64,000 bases of DNA from TPA_inf: Saccharomyces (lineage: Eukaryota). The position numbers and the translations under genes are program-made. This document shows, one piece after another, positions 11,364 to 24,000 of this stretch. Each line of letters begins with the position of its first letter. The first letter of the stretch is position 1. A model generated the notes under the pieces. It was not told where the DNA came from. It saw nothing but the letters and a program-made list of their open reading frames with translations, and searched no databases. Where the stretch lies: NCBI GenBank assembly GCA_000146045.2, contig BK006946.2, positions 352,001-416,000 on the forward strand, in the 5' to 3' direction.

Positions 11364-14300
11364 TCAGGTCTGCTCTGCAGCGTGGTTTACGATAAACACG
11401 TATGTACCACTGTCTGCATCATAGCTTTCGAACTTAGAATTTGGATTTTTCTTTAAGCGTTCGATATGCCTTTTAACCAGTTGATGATTTGGATCCTTTA
11501 TAGGTTTTCTGGTAGATTTGTCTACAGGATAACAGTTAAAGCAGGTAATCCTGGCCCGAACATTAATGCCCTCCCCTCTCTTCGGTCTGTTTGGTAAGTT
11601 CGCATATATTATACAGGTTTTTGGTTCAAAAGTAATGATTACGCCCCCTAATGAGGTCAAAGGAATTCCAGCGAGGTCAACAGGTTCAAGAAATTCAATT
11701 TTACCATAACTTTTATGACCCACAACTAAATGAGGAACTTTGCGCAGTTGCAAGAGAGAATAAGAGGATAATGTGTCCAGGGATGGTGAGATATAGTAGT
11801 TCTCATTAATGAAGGAGGCATCTTTTTCCGCAACGTCCGCAAAAACAGCCTTTTTATCATCTTCTGAATATTCTTGCTTCTGTAAATCGGCGACATTTTC
11901 TTTATTTTCTTCGTCCATATTCCGGGAATGATGTTTCGTTGCGCTATCTTCCCCATCGTTCTTTGAGGACAAAACCATTCTTTCCCCCCCATTAGCAGTT
12001 TCTTTTTCATCCATCTTTGGCTTTCCCAAGATCGTTTCTTGTTCTTCACTTTTACTTTTAAAATTCATATCGTTGTTCTGTGATCCGTTATTCTTTTCCT
12101 CGGATGCGATCAACATTTTCCTGTTATTAATTAGATTCTTGAATGACCTTTTATCGGGATTGAATAATAACTCAGAAGCTTTTAATATGCTTTCGTCCAA
12201 ATTTTCCTCCTGCTGGTTAGAAATCGCAATCTGATTATTCTTTTTATCAATGGAAATCGACAACTTTGGATCAACCTTGATCTGGGCCTTATCCATGACG
12301 GAATTATTAGTCTTGAGCTTGGCTGTAAATAAAGTTTTAGGAATCATTTTGTATGCGTTCGTCAAACTGGCTTTTTTGCGTTCATCGGCTTTGATCTTTG
12401 TAGCGCTTGGTTGAATTGGATAGGAAACCGTGTTGGTGACAGTTGCTTTCGAAAAAAGCTCATTAGTACCGTAGGGATTGTTATTCTGAATTTGTAATCG
12501 TTGTTGCTGCTGCTGTTGTTGGAGCGCATTTTGTGATTGTGCCATTGACTGGGAAGGTTGGGAAAATAACCCTCCGCCCGAAGTGTTCGTACTAGTGTTA
12601 TTCTGAAATAAGCCTCCAGCATTAGTAGATTGAGAGGTGTTATTACTACCAAACAGGCCCGTTGAACCGTTGGAATTGTTTAGAGACGAGTTGTTATTGT
12701 TTCCAAATAGTCCTCCAGCACTTGTAGAAGCTCCCGCACCAACTGGTTTATTACCAAATAAACCAGTAGAATTGGTGGTGGCCGCCGTGTTAGATGCATT
12801 ATTGGACCCAAATATTCCACCCGAAGAGGCGTTTGGAGCCGTGGAATTAGTACCTCCGAAAAGGGATCCTGTAGCAGGTTTGCTACCAAATAATCCGCCG
12901 CTAGTTGAGGCAGGATTGTTTTGATTTGCAACTTGATTGTTTCCAAATAATCCGCCTCCAACAGTGTTTGATGGTTTTGAACCAAACAGGCCACCCGAAG
13001 CAGGTTGCTGTTTATTTTGGAACAAACCTCCTGATTGCTGCTGCAAATTATTTCCACTTATACCGTTACTTTGATTTGTTGTGCTGTTAGAGAATAAGCT
13101 TGTATTTCCAAAACCAGTTGGTTTCGCTCCAAAAAGACTATTATTCTGTTGTGGTTGTTGTAACCCATTTTGGCCAAATGGCTGATTATTATTTTGATTG
13201 GTCTGGCCAAACAATCCACCAGGTTGGGACTGCGACTGGTTGTTTTGTTGTCCGAATAATCCCCCGGTTGATTGCTGTTGTTGGTTATTTTGCCCAAATA
13301 TAGAATTATTTTGGGCATTACCAGACGCAAAAGTGGATGCTCCCTGCTGTTGTCCAAACAGTCCTCCTGCAGGTTTGCTTCCAAATAATCCGCCTTGTTG
13401 CTGTGGCTGGCCAAATGCGTTTGAGGAGTTTTGTTGTCCAAATAATCCGGATTGGTTCTGGCTTTGGTTATTCTGACCGAACAATCCTCCAGCGTTGGAA
13501 TTTTGTTGCTGGCCAAATAACCCTCCTCCACTTTGCTGCTGATTGGTTTGCCCAAATAAGCCACCAGTGGTACCAGTGGGGTTGGTATTCATTCCGAATG
13601 CTTTTGAACCAGCAGATTGTCCAAATAGTCCACCAGAAGCAGGTTTAGCTCCAAAAAGAGCACCAGTGCCTTGCTGTTGGCCGAAAGCGCCACCATTTGC
13701 GTTAGCGTTTGATTGACCAAATATACCACCACTACCTTGTTGTGTTTGTTGTTGGGGAAAGGCACCACGATTCACCTGACCAAAGGCTCCCCCGTTACTG
13801 ACATTATTCGCCCCAAATGAATTTTGCTGTTGACCAAATAATCCTCCGTTTGTATTTGAGTTCTGCTGGCCGAAAAGGCCTGTATTATTAGTGCCGTTTG
13901 TTGGGTTGTTAGTTGTATTACCAAACAATCCCCCGGAAGTGGCAGGTTTATTTGCTCCAAATGCAGAATTTCCTGAGAGGTTAGTAGAGCTTCCAAACAA
14001 TCCTGTAGAGTTGGTCGCTCCAGAGCCAAAGCCACCACCACTTCCAGTTCCGGTTCCAAACATGCCTGTTGCTGGCTTTTGACCAAATAATCCTCCTGTT
14101 GTAGCAGAAGTAGTGGAGTTATTATTACCCATAATTCCAAATCCAGTATTGGTAGTTCCTTGAGGATTGTTAAAAGTAGTACCAGTGCCATTTTGACTGG
14201 TACCGAATTTTCTACCAGCTTGGTAATCTTGAAATCTCAATTCTTCAAAAGAAAAATTTCTGTATTCAGGCATACAGGTGATACTTTGGAAGACGTTGAT

Positions 14301-14705
14301 GACACCTGTGGTTGGATCCTTCTCTTCGAATGTAGTAAAAGGTTTAATGCTTGTACCTGCAGTAGAATTGGGCACAACAGAAGCGGAACCAGCAGAAAGT
14401 GCTGTGTTATTACCCATTCCACCGAAGATCGAGCCAGAGGCATTGTTGTTCGTCAATTGACTTTGACCAAAAGGAGTACCATTTGCTGTAGTCGAGCCTG
14501 ACATTCCGAAGGGAGAATTAGAAGTTTGGTTACCAAAGTTACCAAACGCAGGTGCTTGTGTTGTATTTGTTTGCTGACTGAGGCCGAAAGCAGAAGTGTT
14601 TGCTACTGGTTGTTGTTGTTGCTGTTGGCCACCAAAGGTTGATCCTGTTGAGCCAAATGGCTGTGTTGTTGCGCTGGGGAATGCGCCACGGCTAACTCCA
14701 AACAT
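11364..14705 (-). CDS. NUP116: NUP116, GLFG-repeat nucleoporin, 1113 aa
   Basis: There are dozens of GLFG/SLFG/FG repeats separated by N/Q/S/T-rich spacers. The C-terminus carries a Nup98-type domain (HKSYGKIEFLEPVDL...). The length matches NUP116. Confidence 0.93.
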   Translation of the reverse strand: MFGVSRGAFPSATTQPFGSTGSTFGGQQQQQQPVANTSAFGLSQQTNTTQAPAFGNFGNQTSNSPFGMSGSTTANGTPFGQSQLTNNNASGSIFGGMGNNTALSAGSASVVPNSTAGTSIKPFTTFEEKDPTTGVINVFQSITCMPEYRNFSFEELRFQDYQAGRKFGTSQNGTGTTFNNPQGTTNTGFGIMGNNNSTTSATTGGLFGQKPATGMFGTGTGSGGGFGSGATNSTGLFGSSTNLSGNSAFGANKPATSGGLFGNTTNNPTNGTNNTGLFGQQNSNTNGGLFGQQQNSFGANNVSNGGAFGQVNRGAFPQQQTQQGSGGIFGQSNANANGGAFGQQQGTGALFGAKPASGGLFGQSAGSKAFGMNTNPTGTTGGLFGQTNQQQSGGGLFGQQQNSNAGGLFGQNNQSQNQSGLFGQQNSSNAFGQPQQQGGLFGSKPAGGLFGQQQGASTFASGNAQNNSIFGQNNQQQQSTGGLFGQQNNQSQSQPGGLFGQTNQNNNQPFGQNGLQQPQQNNSLFGAKPTGFGNTSLFSNSTTNQSNGISGNNLQQQSGGLFQNKQQPASGGLFGSKPSNTVGGGLFGNNQVANQNNPASTSGGLFGSKPATGSLFGGTNSTAPNASSGGIFGSNNASNTAATTNSTGLFGNKPVGAGASTSAGGLFGNNNNSSLNNSNGSTGLFGSNNTSQSTNAGGLFQNNTSTNTSGGGLFSQPSQSMAQSQNALQQQQQQQRLQIQNNNPYGTNELFSKATVTNTVSYPIQPSATKIKADERKKASLTNAYKMIPKTLFTAKLKTNNSVMDKAQIKVDPKLSISIDKKNNQIAISNQQEENLDESILKASELLFNPDKRSFKNLINNRKMLIASEEKNNGSQNNDMNFKSKSEEQETILGKPKMDEKETANGGERMVLSSKNDGEDSATKHHSRNMDEENKENVADLQKQEYSEDDKKAVFADVAEKDASFINENYYISPSLDTLSSYSLLQLRKVPHLVVGHKSYGKIEFLEPVDLAGIPLTSLGGVIITFEPKTCIIYANLPNRPKRGEGINVRARITCFNCYPVDKSTRKPIKDPNHQLVKRHIERLKKNPNSKFESYDADSGTYVFIVNHAAEQT

Positions 14706-14980
14706 AATAATGTTTTAAAAAAGAAATCTTCGAAGCTGAATGGTGCCTCTCAGTTGCCGGGATCTCTATGCAATGCTGATAGTTTCCTTTGCGACCTTAT
14801 GACACTTTATTAACTCTAAGTATAATTTAGTTTTGTTCTTTTTCTAATGAGCATGGTAAGGAAAAATGCCGGGTAATGATAATCTGCAAAAGTGACAATA
14901 ATAAACTGACGCGTAACAAGATCAATGATATACTGGATTAAAATGCCATGAAAACGTGAACAGAAACTTTTATTGAGGTC

Positions 14981-15934
14981 ATGGATCAAGATTTTGACAG
15001 TTTATTACTAGGTTTCAATGACTCCGATAGTGTCCAAAAAGACCCAACTGTACCAAATGGCTTGGATGGTTCAGTAGTTGATCCTACCATTGCGGATCCA
15101 ACCGCAATTACAGCTAGAAAGAGAAGGCCTCAAGTAAAATTAACAGCCGAAAAACTACTCAGTGATAAAGGTTTACCATATGTTTTGAAAAATGCACATA
15201 AAAGGATACGAATTTCCTCAAAAAAAAACTCATATGACAACTTATCAAATATTATTCAGTTTTACCAGCTTTGGGCACATGAATTGTTTCCCAAGGCAAA
15301 ATTTAAGGATTTTATGAAGATCTGTCAAACAGTAGGTAAAACAGATCCAGTTCTTAGAGAATATAGAGTCAGCCTTTTTAGGGACGAGATGGGCATGAGT
15401 TTCGATGTTGGCACACGGGAGACTGGGCAAGACCTGGAAAGACAATCACCTATGGTTGAAGAACATGTCACTTCCGCGGAAGAGAGGCCTATTGTCGCAG
15501 ATAGTTTTGCGCAAGACAAAAGGAATGTAAACAATGTCGATTACGATAATGACGAAGATGACGATATCTATCACCTTTCTTATCGCAACAGAAGAGGACG
15601 AGTTTTGGACGAACGTGGGAATAATGAAACGGTACTTAACAACGTTGTGCCGCCTAAGGAAGATTTGGATGCATTATTGAAGACATTCAGGGTACAAGGG
15701 CCCGTTGGCCTTGAAGAAAATGAGAAGAAGCTCTTATTAGGATGGCTAGATGCGCATAGAAAAATGGAAAAAGGCTCTATGACTGAAGAAGACGTTCAAC
15801 TGATTCAAAGTTTGGAAGAGTGGGAAATGAATGATATAGAGGGACAACATACTCATTATGATTTATTGCCAGGGGGAGATGAGTTTGGCGTAGATCAAGA
15901 TGAGTTGGATGCTATGAAGGAAATGGGCTTTTAG
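14981..15934 (+). CDS. CSM3: CSM3, replication fork protection complex subunit (Tof1-Csm3), 317 aa
   Basis: The 317-aa ORF is recognised by sequence and is positioned between NUP116 and ERB1. Confidence 0.8.
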   Translation: MDQDFDSLLLGFNDSDSVQKDPTVPNGLDGSVVDPTIADPTAITARKRRPQVKLTAEKLLSDKGLPYVLKNAHKRIRISSKKNSYDNLSNIIQFYQLWAHELFPKAKFKDFMKICQTVGKTDPVLREYRVSLFRDEMGMSFDVGTRETGQDLERQSPMVEEHVTSAEERPIVADSFAQDKRNVNNVDYDNDEDDDIYHLSYRNRRGRVLDERGNNETVLNNVVPPKEDLDALLKTFRVQGPVGLEENEKKLLLGWLDAHRKMEKGSMTEEDVQLIQSLEEWEMNDIEGQHTHYDLLPGGDEFGVDQDELDAMKEMGF

Positions 15935-16093
15935 CAATGTCATTGAAGGTAATAATCCAAACGTGCGTGTGGGCATCTATACATATAGGTTTATATATAT
16001 TGTGTAAATAAAGCTTGTAGAAAGAGCCTGGTTCGAGTGTTTGATTTTTTCTTCTTGGGCGTTATTATACAATATCTACTTCAAATTATTTAT

Positions 16094-18517
16094 CTAGGTG
16101 GTCCATAAGCGAGCCGTATTATCAGCACCGGCAGAAAACAGCCAAGCTTCCCTCGGATGCCAAATAGCATCAAGAACACCCAGACTATTGATTACTTTAT
16201 GACCGGTTAGTTTCTTTAGTGGCACAATCATCGGATTTTTCATCATGTCATCATAAACAGTGGCATGGAAAACATGTATGGTACCGTCATCAGCGGCAGA
16301 GCTGAATAGAGGTAACTTTTTGTGGAAATTCACACTTCTGACGGCTTTTTCATGATATCTTAGTGTCTTGTAAGGTGTGCTAGCCAAATCCAGGTCGTGC
16401 CATAAAACTCTCTTGTCAAACGATGACGCAATTAAATTATCACCCCTTGGGTGAATATCGATTTTCGATAACCAACGGGCACCAGGCAACAGTTTCTTGA
16501 CCAATATTTGTTGAGATAAATCATAAATTCTGACATATCTTTGGGAACAGACAAATAATTGAGGTTTAAAAGGATGGAACTTCGCATCCATAATAATGCC
16601 CTTCGATTTTTTGAATGGGGATTGGGTTAAATGCTTGGAAACTTGGTGAATCAAAACAGAAGTGTTACCAGAGTCAGGTTGAACAGTGACAAAGTAATCA
16701 CCTTTTCTATGCCATGAAAGCTTTTTTACTGTTTTTTTGCAAGAAATAGTGATACAAATATCCTTTTCTAGTTGCTTTTGAGAAGGCTTGTTCCATTGGG
16801 CTACTTGTTTTTTTACAGCATTCTTAGCAGATTCATTCTCTCCATCTTCATCGCCATCACCATTCTCGTTCACTTCTAGGTTAGATTTTTTAACAGTCCC
16901 AAAAGTATCGTAGCCAAAACCATCTTCAATCTTAGTTTTGCCGTTATTTTCAATATCGTAGCCGAATATTGGTGGTACTATTAAATGAATGTTTTCACCA
17001 ACAGCAACGGCGAGAATACCATTATTAGCATCAGGATTCCATTCAATGCATTCAATGTGGTAATCTGGGTTTTCCTCGTCATCGATTAAAGTAGTTCTAT
17101 AAACTTCTCTACCAGTTAAAATTTCCCATACCCTGACTGTTCCGTCATCAGATCCTGTTGCTAGCCATAATCCAGAAGGATCAATGGATAATGTGCGTAC
17201 TTTTCCTTTGTGACCAGCGTATATTGTTGAGCAACGAATAGGGAAGGGTCTTAAATCCTTGGGAGAGGGAAGTTCTGGAATTAGAGAATTAGGATCAATA
17301 TTCAATTTGTTTTTACGGACACGAGGAGCTAAATATAAATCCAAAGATCTTTCAAATCTTTCCCTAATAGATTCACCGTAACCAGGGACCTTTCTTAAGG
17401 CAGAATACTTTTGAGGTATGAAGTTTCTTTCTCTTTCACTATATTCAGTATTTTCCCAGGCCTCCTTTTCTTCAGGAGACAAAAGATACTCTTCTGGTGG
17501 ATTATAACTCTCTTCATTAGTTGGTGGAGGTAATTTTGGTGCCCTTAGATGCATTACATGATCATTTGTTTCCGTAGAATCACCCCATAAATCGTATTGA
17601 TAGTTTTCAATTTTTTCCTTTTCTTTCATTTCCTTTAATTTTTTAGGAGGAATAATACGGCCCTCTCTGATAGCTCTTACAATTTTCATAACTCTCTTGG
17701 CTTCGTTTTTGGATGGAACAAATCTTCTTTTTGGCTCCGGAACAGCAGTTAATGGCATCACTTCTTCGTGTCTCGTGAACCAATCGATTAACGGTTCGTA
17801 TGGATTTATGCTATCATCAGTTTGTTCGTTCCTTTGGATTTTGGAAATAAGTTCTAATTCCTCTTTGGTTAAGTTCAAACTTGAACCGGAATTCTTGTCC
17901 AGTAAACCAGTCCAGCCTTCAGGTAGCTCGATAGAATCCAACAGTTGATCTAAAGCAGAACCCTTGGCAGGTCTCATAATCCTTTTACCGTTGATATCGT
18001 ATCCAATGTGTGGCATTTCATCGTATGCAGAAAGTGGAATATTACCAATGGTATTTTGCGTTTCGGCATCACTATCATCGCTATCATAAACTGGATTAAT
18101 TTCAGGTTTGATAATTCTATCACTGCCATCTGCATATTTTGAGTAAATATTCGGATCAACGATCGTTTGCAATTTCACACCCGATAATCTGTCTGTTAAG
18201 GAAGTTGTGTCGTCTGAAAACTCAGAACTGTCATAGTCCTCTTCCCCATCACCTTCTTCTTCGGCAAGCAGTTTGTTTAATTCAGCATCGGAGTCATCAT
18301 CAGAATCATCTTGGGCTTCTTTATCAGAAGATGATTCCTTTTCTTCAACGGCAGACTCGTATTCGTCATCATCCTCGTCACTCTCACTTGCTTCCGCATC
18401 GATCAAACCGTCAACGGATAAAAGCTTGTCCTCATCTTCCTCGACATCAGATTCTTCGCTAGCTGCTCTCTTTTTCGACATCTTTGCCTCGGTAGTTTTG
18501 TTGTTCTTAGCCATCAT
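16094..18517 (-). CDS. ERB1: ERB1, WD40-repeat 60S ribosome biogenesis factor (BOP1 orthologue), 807 aa
   Basis: It has an acidic N-terminus with D/E/S runs and a C-terminal WD40 region. The length is 807 aa. The promoter carries PAC and RRPE motifs. Confidence 0.9.
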
Positions 18518-18604
18518 TGACCTAGTTATGTTAGAACAGATTTAATACAGTACCTTTCTTCGCTAGGATCTATATGCGAATATATCACATATGTAAATTA
18601 TAAG

Positions 18605-18635
18605 CTCATCGCAAAACCAAAAAAAAAAAAATTTT
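18605..18635 (-). promoter_or_regulatory. PAC (GCGATGAG, seen here as ctcatcgc) and RRPE (AAAAATTTT) ribosome-biogenesis promoter motifs upstream of ERB1
   Basis: ctcatcgc sits at 18605-18612 and aaaaaatttt at 18626-18635, about 90-120 bp upstream of the ERB1 ATG. This is the classic arrangement for ribosome-biogenesis regulon genes. Confidence 0.7.
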
Positions 18636-20444
18636 CAATAATTTTTCACTAATCTTCAAAAACAAATGGGGTAACCCGTACAAGAGTTATTAAAACCCAA
18701 AATGACAAAATCGCGACAATTCAATCCTACTTAATTAGCAATAACATACTAGCGGTAGAGCTACTATCACATGTTGAACCTTGAATGCTCAATTCATTGT
18801 ACTCAATACTGCTATCAAAAGAAAAAAAATGTATTAATTATATTCTTGTCAAAATCAATTTTACACTATAAGAGGAAAATGTTCTTCAGTCCTAGTAACA
18901 TTAGTTTTCTCCCTTTGCTAGAGACTTTACATAATATCCTAGAAGGTAAAATTCGATAATACAGCAGTAAAGTCGTATATTGGTAGCAATCCTTGGTGAC
19001 GCTGACTTTTTTTTTTTGTAATTTTATTGTTTAGTTCATGATAAAAAACTTCAAATCACTTTTAATCTGGTAGACAGAGAAAACAAATCGAAACGAAAAT
19101 AGAGAACTACGAATAAAAAAATATAAGTGGAGAAGATCGTCACTACGCATTAAACAATATTGATCGCTCAATGCCAGTACTGCGCGTAAAAGTTTAGTAA
19201 CTTAACGATTTAGGCACAATTTGAGAAAAATTTCGCCCTGCAGTAAGTATGTTATTCAGTACGATATAAAGCTGAGGTTTTATGCTGGCAACGTTCAGAT
19301 TTTTTAGGTTATCAGCAATGTTAAAATATTAAATAGGATACTTTTATTGTTTGAGACCACCCTCAATGCCAGATATGTTAAACGCTTTTTTCTGGAGTGA
19401 GGTATCATAGAAAAAGGCTCGAGTACATCAAGCACTTAAAGGTTCAACACTCTACTGTTACTTCTTTAAGCTAAGCTATTCATACATAATAGTCCATCAA
19501 AGTGGCTCAAATTGCGCATACAGTGTAAAAATGCGTTCAGGGAATAACGATGTCAAGCAGCGTGTGAAAATTGGACACGTTGAATAATAAACTTCCTGGA
19601 AACCGTCGCGCGCCACTGCTGTCAGAAAATAGTAGACTACTTAATTTTCAATTCATATTTAGCCTGCTTTTTGATCTATGAAATCGCCCACTCTAAATCA
19701 GCGGTGTTTTTGCACGGTTTGTAATTTTAACTTCATTATATGTATTATTCGGTGACTTCACTAAAAAAGAAGGATCTATGCAATATTCTTATCTTCTATT
19801 TTTTTTCTTTTCGATTTTTGAAGTTAAACCTTCGTAATGAACAGATTCGAACAGTATACAGCTGATGACAATTACATGTTAAACTTTCATTGATGATAAT
19901 GGCACGCACTCCACCTGTTAAAGAGGCAGAACGAAGAACCTTTGCTTATAACATAGGTCAGTGTATACTGGATAATAGTATCGAATAACCAGCATAATAT
20001 TTTCTCTGGAAATACCTTTAAGGGGTTTTTAGAAGAAAAACAAATCCTAGTGCAACTTGCAAGTCATCAAAAATAATCTATCTTATCTCTATATATATAT
20101 TTGTGTATTTTATATTTTATGACAAAGCTAGAAATATAAAATCAGATACCGCAATAGAAGATATTTCAAATAATAATACCAATCTCATAGCTCAAAACAG
20201 GCACTAAGGGAATACTGAAGAAAGTAATGTCTAGGAGTTAGTATAGCTTGAAGTTGCCATCGGTGTCATTTAGGTAGATCTATCTAGATTACGCGCAGCC
20301 CTCAGAAAAGCAAGTGATTTCCGAAGTTTCAACCTACCCAGACTATTCACATAAGGTTAATTTATGATTGAACAGTTCAAATAAATCTGCGCCATTCATG
20401 AAGATGATTCGATACCGCAATATGCTGCTAAAGTGCTAAAAAAA

Positions 20445-20518
20445 TGATTTCGCCCAGGATCGAACTGGGGACGTTCTGCGTGTTAAGCAGATGCCATAAC
20501 CGACTAGACCACGAAACC
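20445..20518 (-). tRNA. tV(AAC): tRNA-Val (anticodon AAC)
   Basis: The reverse complement reads ggtttcgtggtctagtcggttatggcatctgcttaacacgcagaacgtccccagttcgatcctgggcgaaatca. An A-run on the plus strand, which is the terminator T-run on the minus strand, sits at 20437-20443. Confidence 0.9.
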
Positions 20519-20626
20519 AGGTTTTATTGAAAAATTGCATCTAAAATAACCTATACTAATAAATCTTCTAATAAATCTTCTAACTCTTCGCTGTTCTATG
20601 TGATATCGTTGATAGTTAGGTTTTCG

Positions 20627-20696
20627 TGTTGAAATAATCAATTACATTTATTGACTGGTTTAATATTAATATATTATCATATACAGTGTAAGAAGG
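20627..20696 (+). repeat. Segment 1 of 3 of an old solo delta LTR in plus orientation, interrupted by the Ty1-4 insertion
   Basis: The stretch tgttgaaataatcaattacatttattgactggtttaatattaatatattatcatatacagtgtaagaagg aligns with the delta 5' end (TGTTGGAATAGAAATCAACTATCATCTACTAACTAGTATTTACATTACTAGTATATTATCATATACGGTGTTAGAAGA). Confidence 0.75.
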
Positions 20697-21034
20697 TGAG
20701 ATATATGTGGGTAATTAGATAATTGTTGGGATTCCATTGTTGATAAAGGCTATAATATTAGGTATACAGAATATACTAGAAGTTCTCCTCGAGGATATAG
20801 GAATCCTCAAAATGGAATCTATATTTCTACATACTAATATTACGATTATTCCTCATTCCGTTTTATATGTTTATATTCATTGATCCTATTACATTATCAA
20901 TCCTTGCGTTTCAGCTTCCTCTAACATCGATGACAGCTTCTCATAACTTATGTCATCATCTTAACACCGTATATGATAATATATTGATAATATAACTATT
21001 AGTTGATAGACGATAGTGGATTTTTATTCCAACA
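20697..21034 (-). repeat. Ty1 3' LTR (delta), 338 bp
   Basis: Identical to the copy at 26285-26622. Confidence 0.95.
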
Positions 21035-21056
21035 TACCACCCATAATGTAATAGAT

Positions 21057-24000
21057 CTAATGAATCCATTTGTTTGTTAATAGTTTGAATGTTTTTATCG
21101 GAAGAGGTTTGGTCATTACGTCTGCAATATTCTTTTTGGTTTCGATATAGCATACGTGCAGATGATTTCCTGATACTTCATCTCTTAGTCTCATTGCTTT
21201 AGTACCAAAAAATCTGTTTCTAAATTTCTCTTCATTATTGGATATAATTATACTGATTGTAGATTTACTGTCGGTTAGTAATCCTTTAGTAATTGGTTTC
21301 TTGTTAAGTTCTTGCACAAGGTGACTGAGGTTATTTAATAATGGGACAGATTCACTTATCGCGTGTATTTCTGCTTCCGTAGTTGAAGTACATGTTAATG
21401 AAGCCTTGGTGGACTTTCCTCCAATTACTTTTCCATTAAGTAAATATATGTTGCCAATTTGTGATTTATAATACGGTTGGTTACCATACGATGCATCGCT
21501 TATAACAACTAATTTATTTGTTGGCTTAACAGGTTTGCTTTTGTGCCATATTAATTGCTTATCTCTCGTATTCCATATGAACTGTATCAATTCATATGTC
21601 ATATCTAACACTTGCTTGGACGGAAATAGTATATGTTGTGCAAGTGTGTTGATGTAGTATAATAGGTCAAATCTAAATTTATATCCAACATATGATGCTA
21701 GACCTATCAGCTTTTGCATTTCATGTACCTTCATTTTGTAATCATCTTCTTCTAGCTCTAGTTCTTGCTGGTCTATATATAGACCTGGTTGACCTGGAGC
21801 GCTAAGTTTCCTTCCTTTTGGGTTCAAAGGTACGTTTAGTTTGGGTATTTTTTCAGTTAATGAGTTTTCCATACCTAATTTCATGTATTTACCTCTTTGA
21901 TATTTGATTTCTAAGCCAAGTATGTCGTACTGAATTTCGTTATCACTTTCACCCAGATTTATTATCTTTGTATCGTATTGTTTCTTGAGTGTTGTTATGA
22001 TTTTCTTATTTGCATTTAAGTCTTTGCTGAACAATATCATATCATCAACGAATAAGCAAATTGTTACTTGACTATTCTTAAATACGCATGACCATCCACG
22101 AACTTCTTCCATACCACACTGTTTTATCAGGTATGATTTGATAGTTTCGTACCAGTTCGCTCCACTTTGTTTCAATCCATAAAGTGATTTCTTCAAACGT
22201 ATTAACTTATCATTCATTCCTAAATGTGGTGGAGGTCTTATGTATAGTTCTTCTTTGATGTCTGCATACAAATATGCCGAAGATATGTCTAATTGTGTAA
22301 TATAGTAGTTATTGTCTAATGCAAGTGACAGGGATGTCATTAATGCATAGTGATGTACGGTATTGGATTGCATGCCTGGGTCGTAAGTGTCAGGATGTTG
22401 AATATCACCTCTTGCAACAAATCTAGCTTTATGAGTACCGTCACGTTTCCTGTTAAAGATAAACATTGAATTTATTACTCTTTTGGGGTCTATTTCTTTT
22501 CTGTCATAATATCTGTCAGTGTCCCAAGTTTTCATCTTCAACAGTTGATTGACTTCTTTGTGGTATGCCTGGATATATTTTTCTTTTTCTTTAATATCTT
22601 TATTATAGGTGATTGCCTCATCGTATCGTAAGGTTGTCCGTATTGGTTTGATTGATTTTACTGCTTTTACAGCTGCAATCAGGTGAATTCGTTTCTTCGA
22701 TCTCGGAGGTTCTAAACTACGCATATTCTTAGTATTCCATGTGTCTCGTGATACCTTAATTTCAGTTTCATTATCTTCTAATGATCTTTTCTTACTGTTG
22801 ATAGTAGTATAGGCATTAGAGTCACCAATACCACCCAAACTGGAATTAGTTTGACGAGAATTGATCGGTGGGAGTTCTTTAAATGGGTCAGGGAATTCGG
22901 TAGGAGATTCTGGAGGTAGATCAGGGAGTGGGAGATCAGCGATGATAGATTCCTCGGTATTCTGTTCAGAAACAGTAGTTGGCGTTTTGATAGGAACAAT
23001 ATTGTGCGATGAATTATTTTCCGGTGGAGAAGCATCGATTGAAGGTGAACGGTGTATAATCCTTTTCTCAGTCTCTTGGTCACTTATCTGCGGAACAGTT
23101 TTGTTGTTGGTACCACCCGTACTGGATATTGGTACGTTTGTATGATTAGTCTCATTTTCACTGTACGAGTCTGAGTGTCTGAAATCTTTAGATTTACTGG
23201 CGTGCGACGACTCATGTGTGTTAGATTGGGACATGGGAGCAAGTAAAGGAACATTTAATTTATGCATACCACCCGAACCGGTACTCTCGATATTGGAAAT
23301 TTGGGGGGTGCTAGATCTCTTCTTTGATGGAAGAATATTAGATTCAGATATGTTGGGGTCAACTTCTCTGGGTGCGCGAATATTGGTTTTAGAAACACGT
23401 TTCGAATCTTCAGTATGAGTTGACGGAGGTGTGGAATCGGTTGGACTCACAGCTTTTGAAAGGACATTTCTCGGTTGCTCAGGATGTAGTTCGATGTCAG
23501 ATTGGAAGTCATGGTCAGATTCTATGTTAAGATCATCGGATTGTTGGATCTCATTTGACGCAATGAACGATTGATATGAAGCAGTTAAACGGTTTAAGTC
23601 TTCATCGAAAGTGAGTGCGTCGTAATTGAATTGATCTAATCTGGATTCCTTGCCCTGAAGAATAACATAGTTAGTTGTATCTACTGTCTTCTTTAAGGAT
23701 GGAAGATAGATGATATATCCATAAGAGTTTCGAGACGGATGTAGAGCGTAGCCTGGGATGCCACGAGGATGTATTTTGGAGTTAGGGTTGTGATCATTGA
23801 CGATAACAGGTTGACCGAAAGGTAACAAAGTACTGATATCAAGTCCTGCCAAGCCAGCATGTTGTCTTGCAGATTTTTTGCTTTTAGGTGAAGCTAGTGA
23901 ATTTCTCACAATAGTAGAAAATTCGATTGCAGAGAACCATAAATGGTTCGGTAAACCACTACATTGCAGTTGAGTACGGCAGTCATCTAATAAGGTACGG

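Noticed and set aside
12637-14501. Multiple 60-170 codon ORFs on both strands inside NUP116
   Set aside because: They are by-products of the GLFG repeat DNA staying open in other frames. They have low-complexity composition and sit fully inside a well-supported gene.
20108-20118. A perfect ARS consensus sequence match, ttttatatttt
   Set aside because: An 11-bp WTTTAYRTTTW match occurs frequently by chance in AT-rich yeast intergenic DNA. Without flanking B elements or origin data it is not enough to call an origin, so it is mentioned only inside the ORF-free-interval finding.
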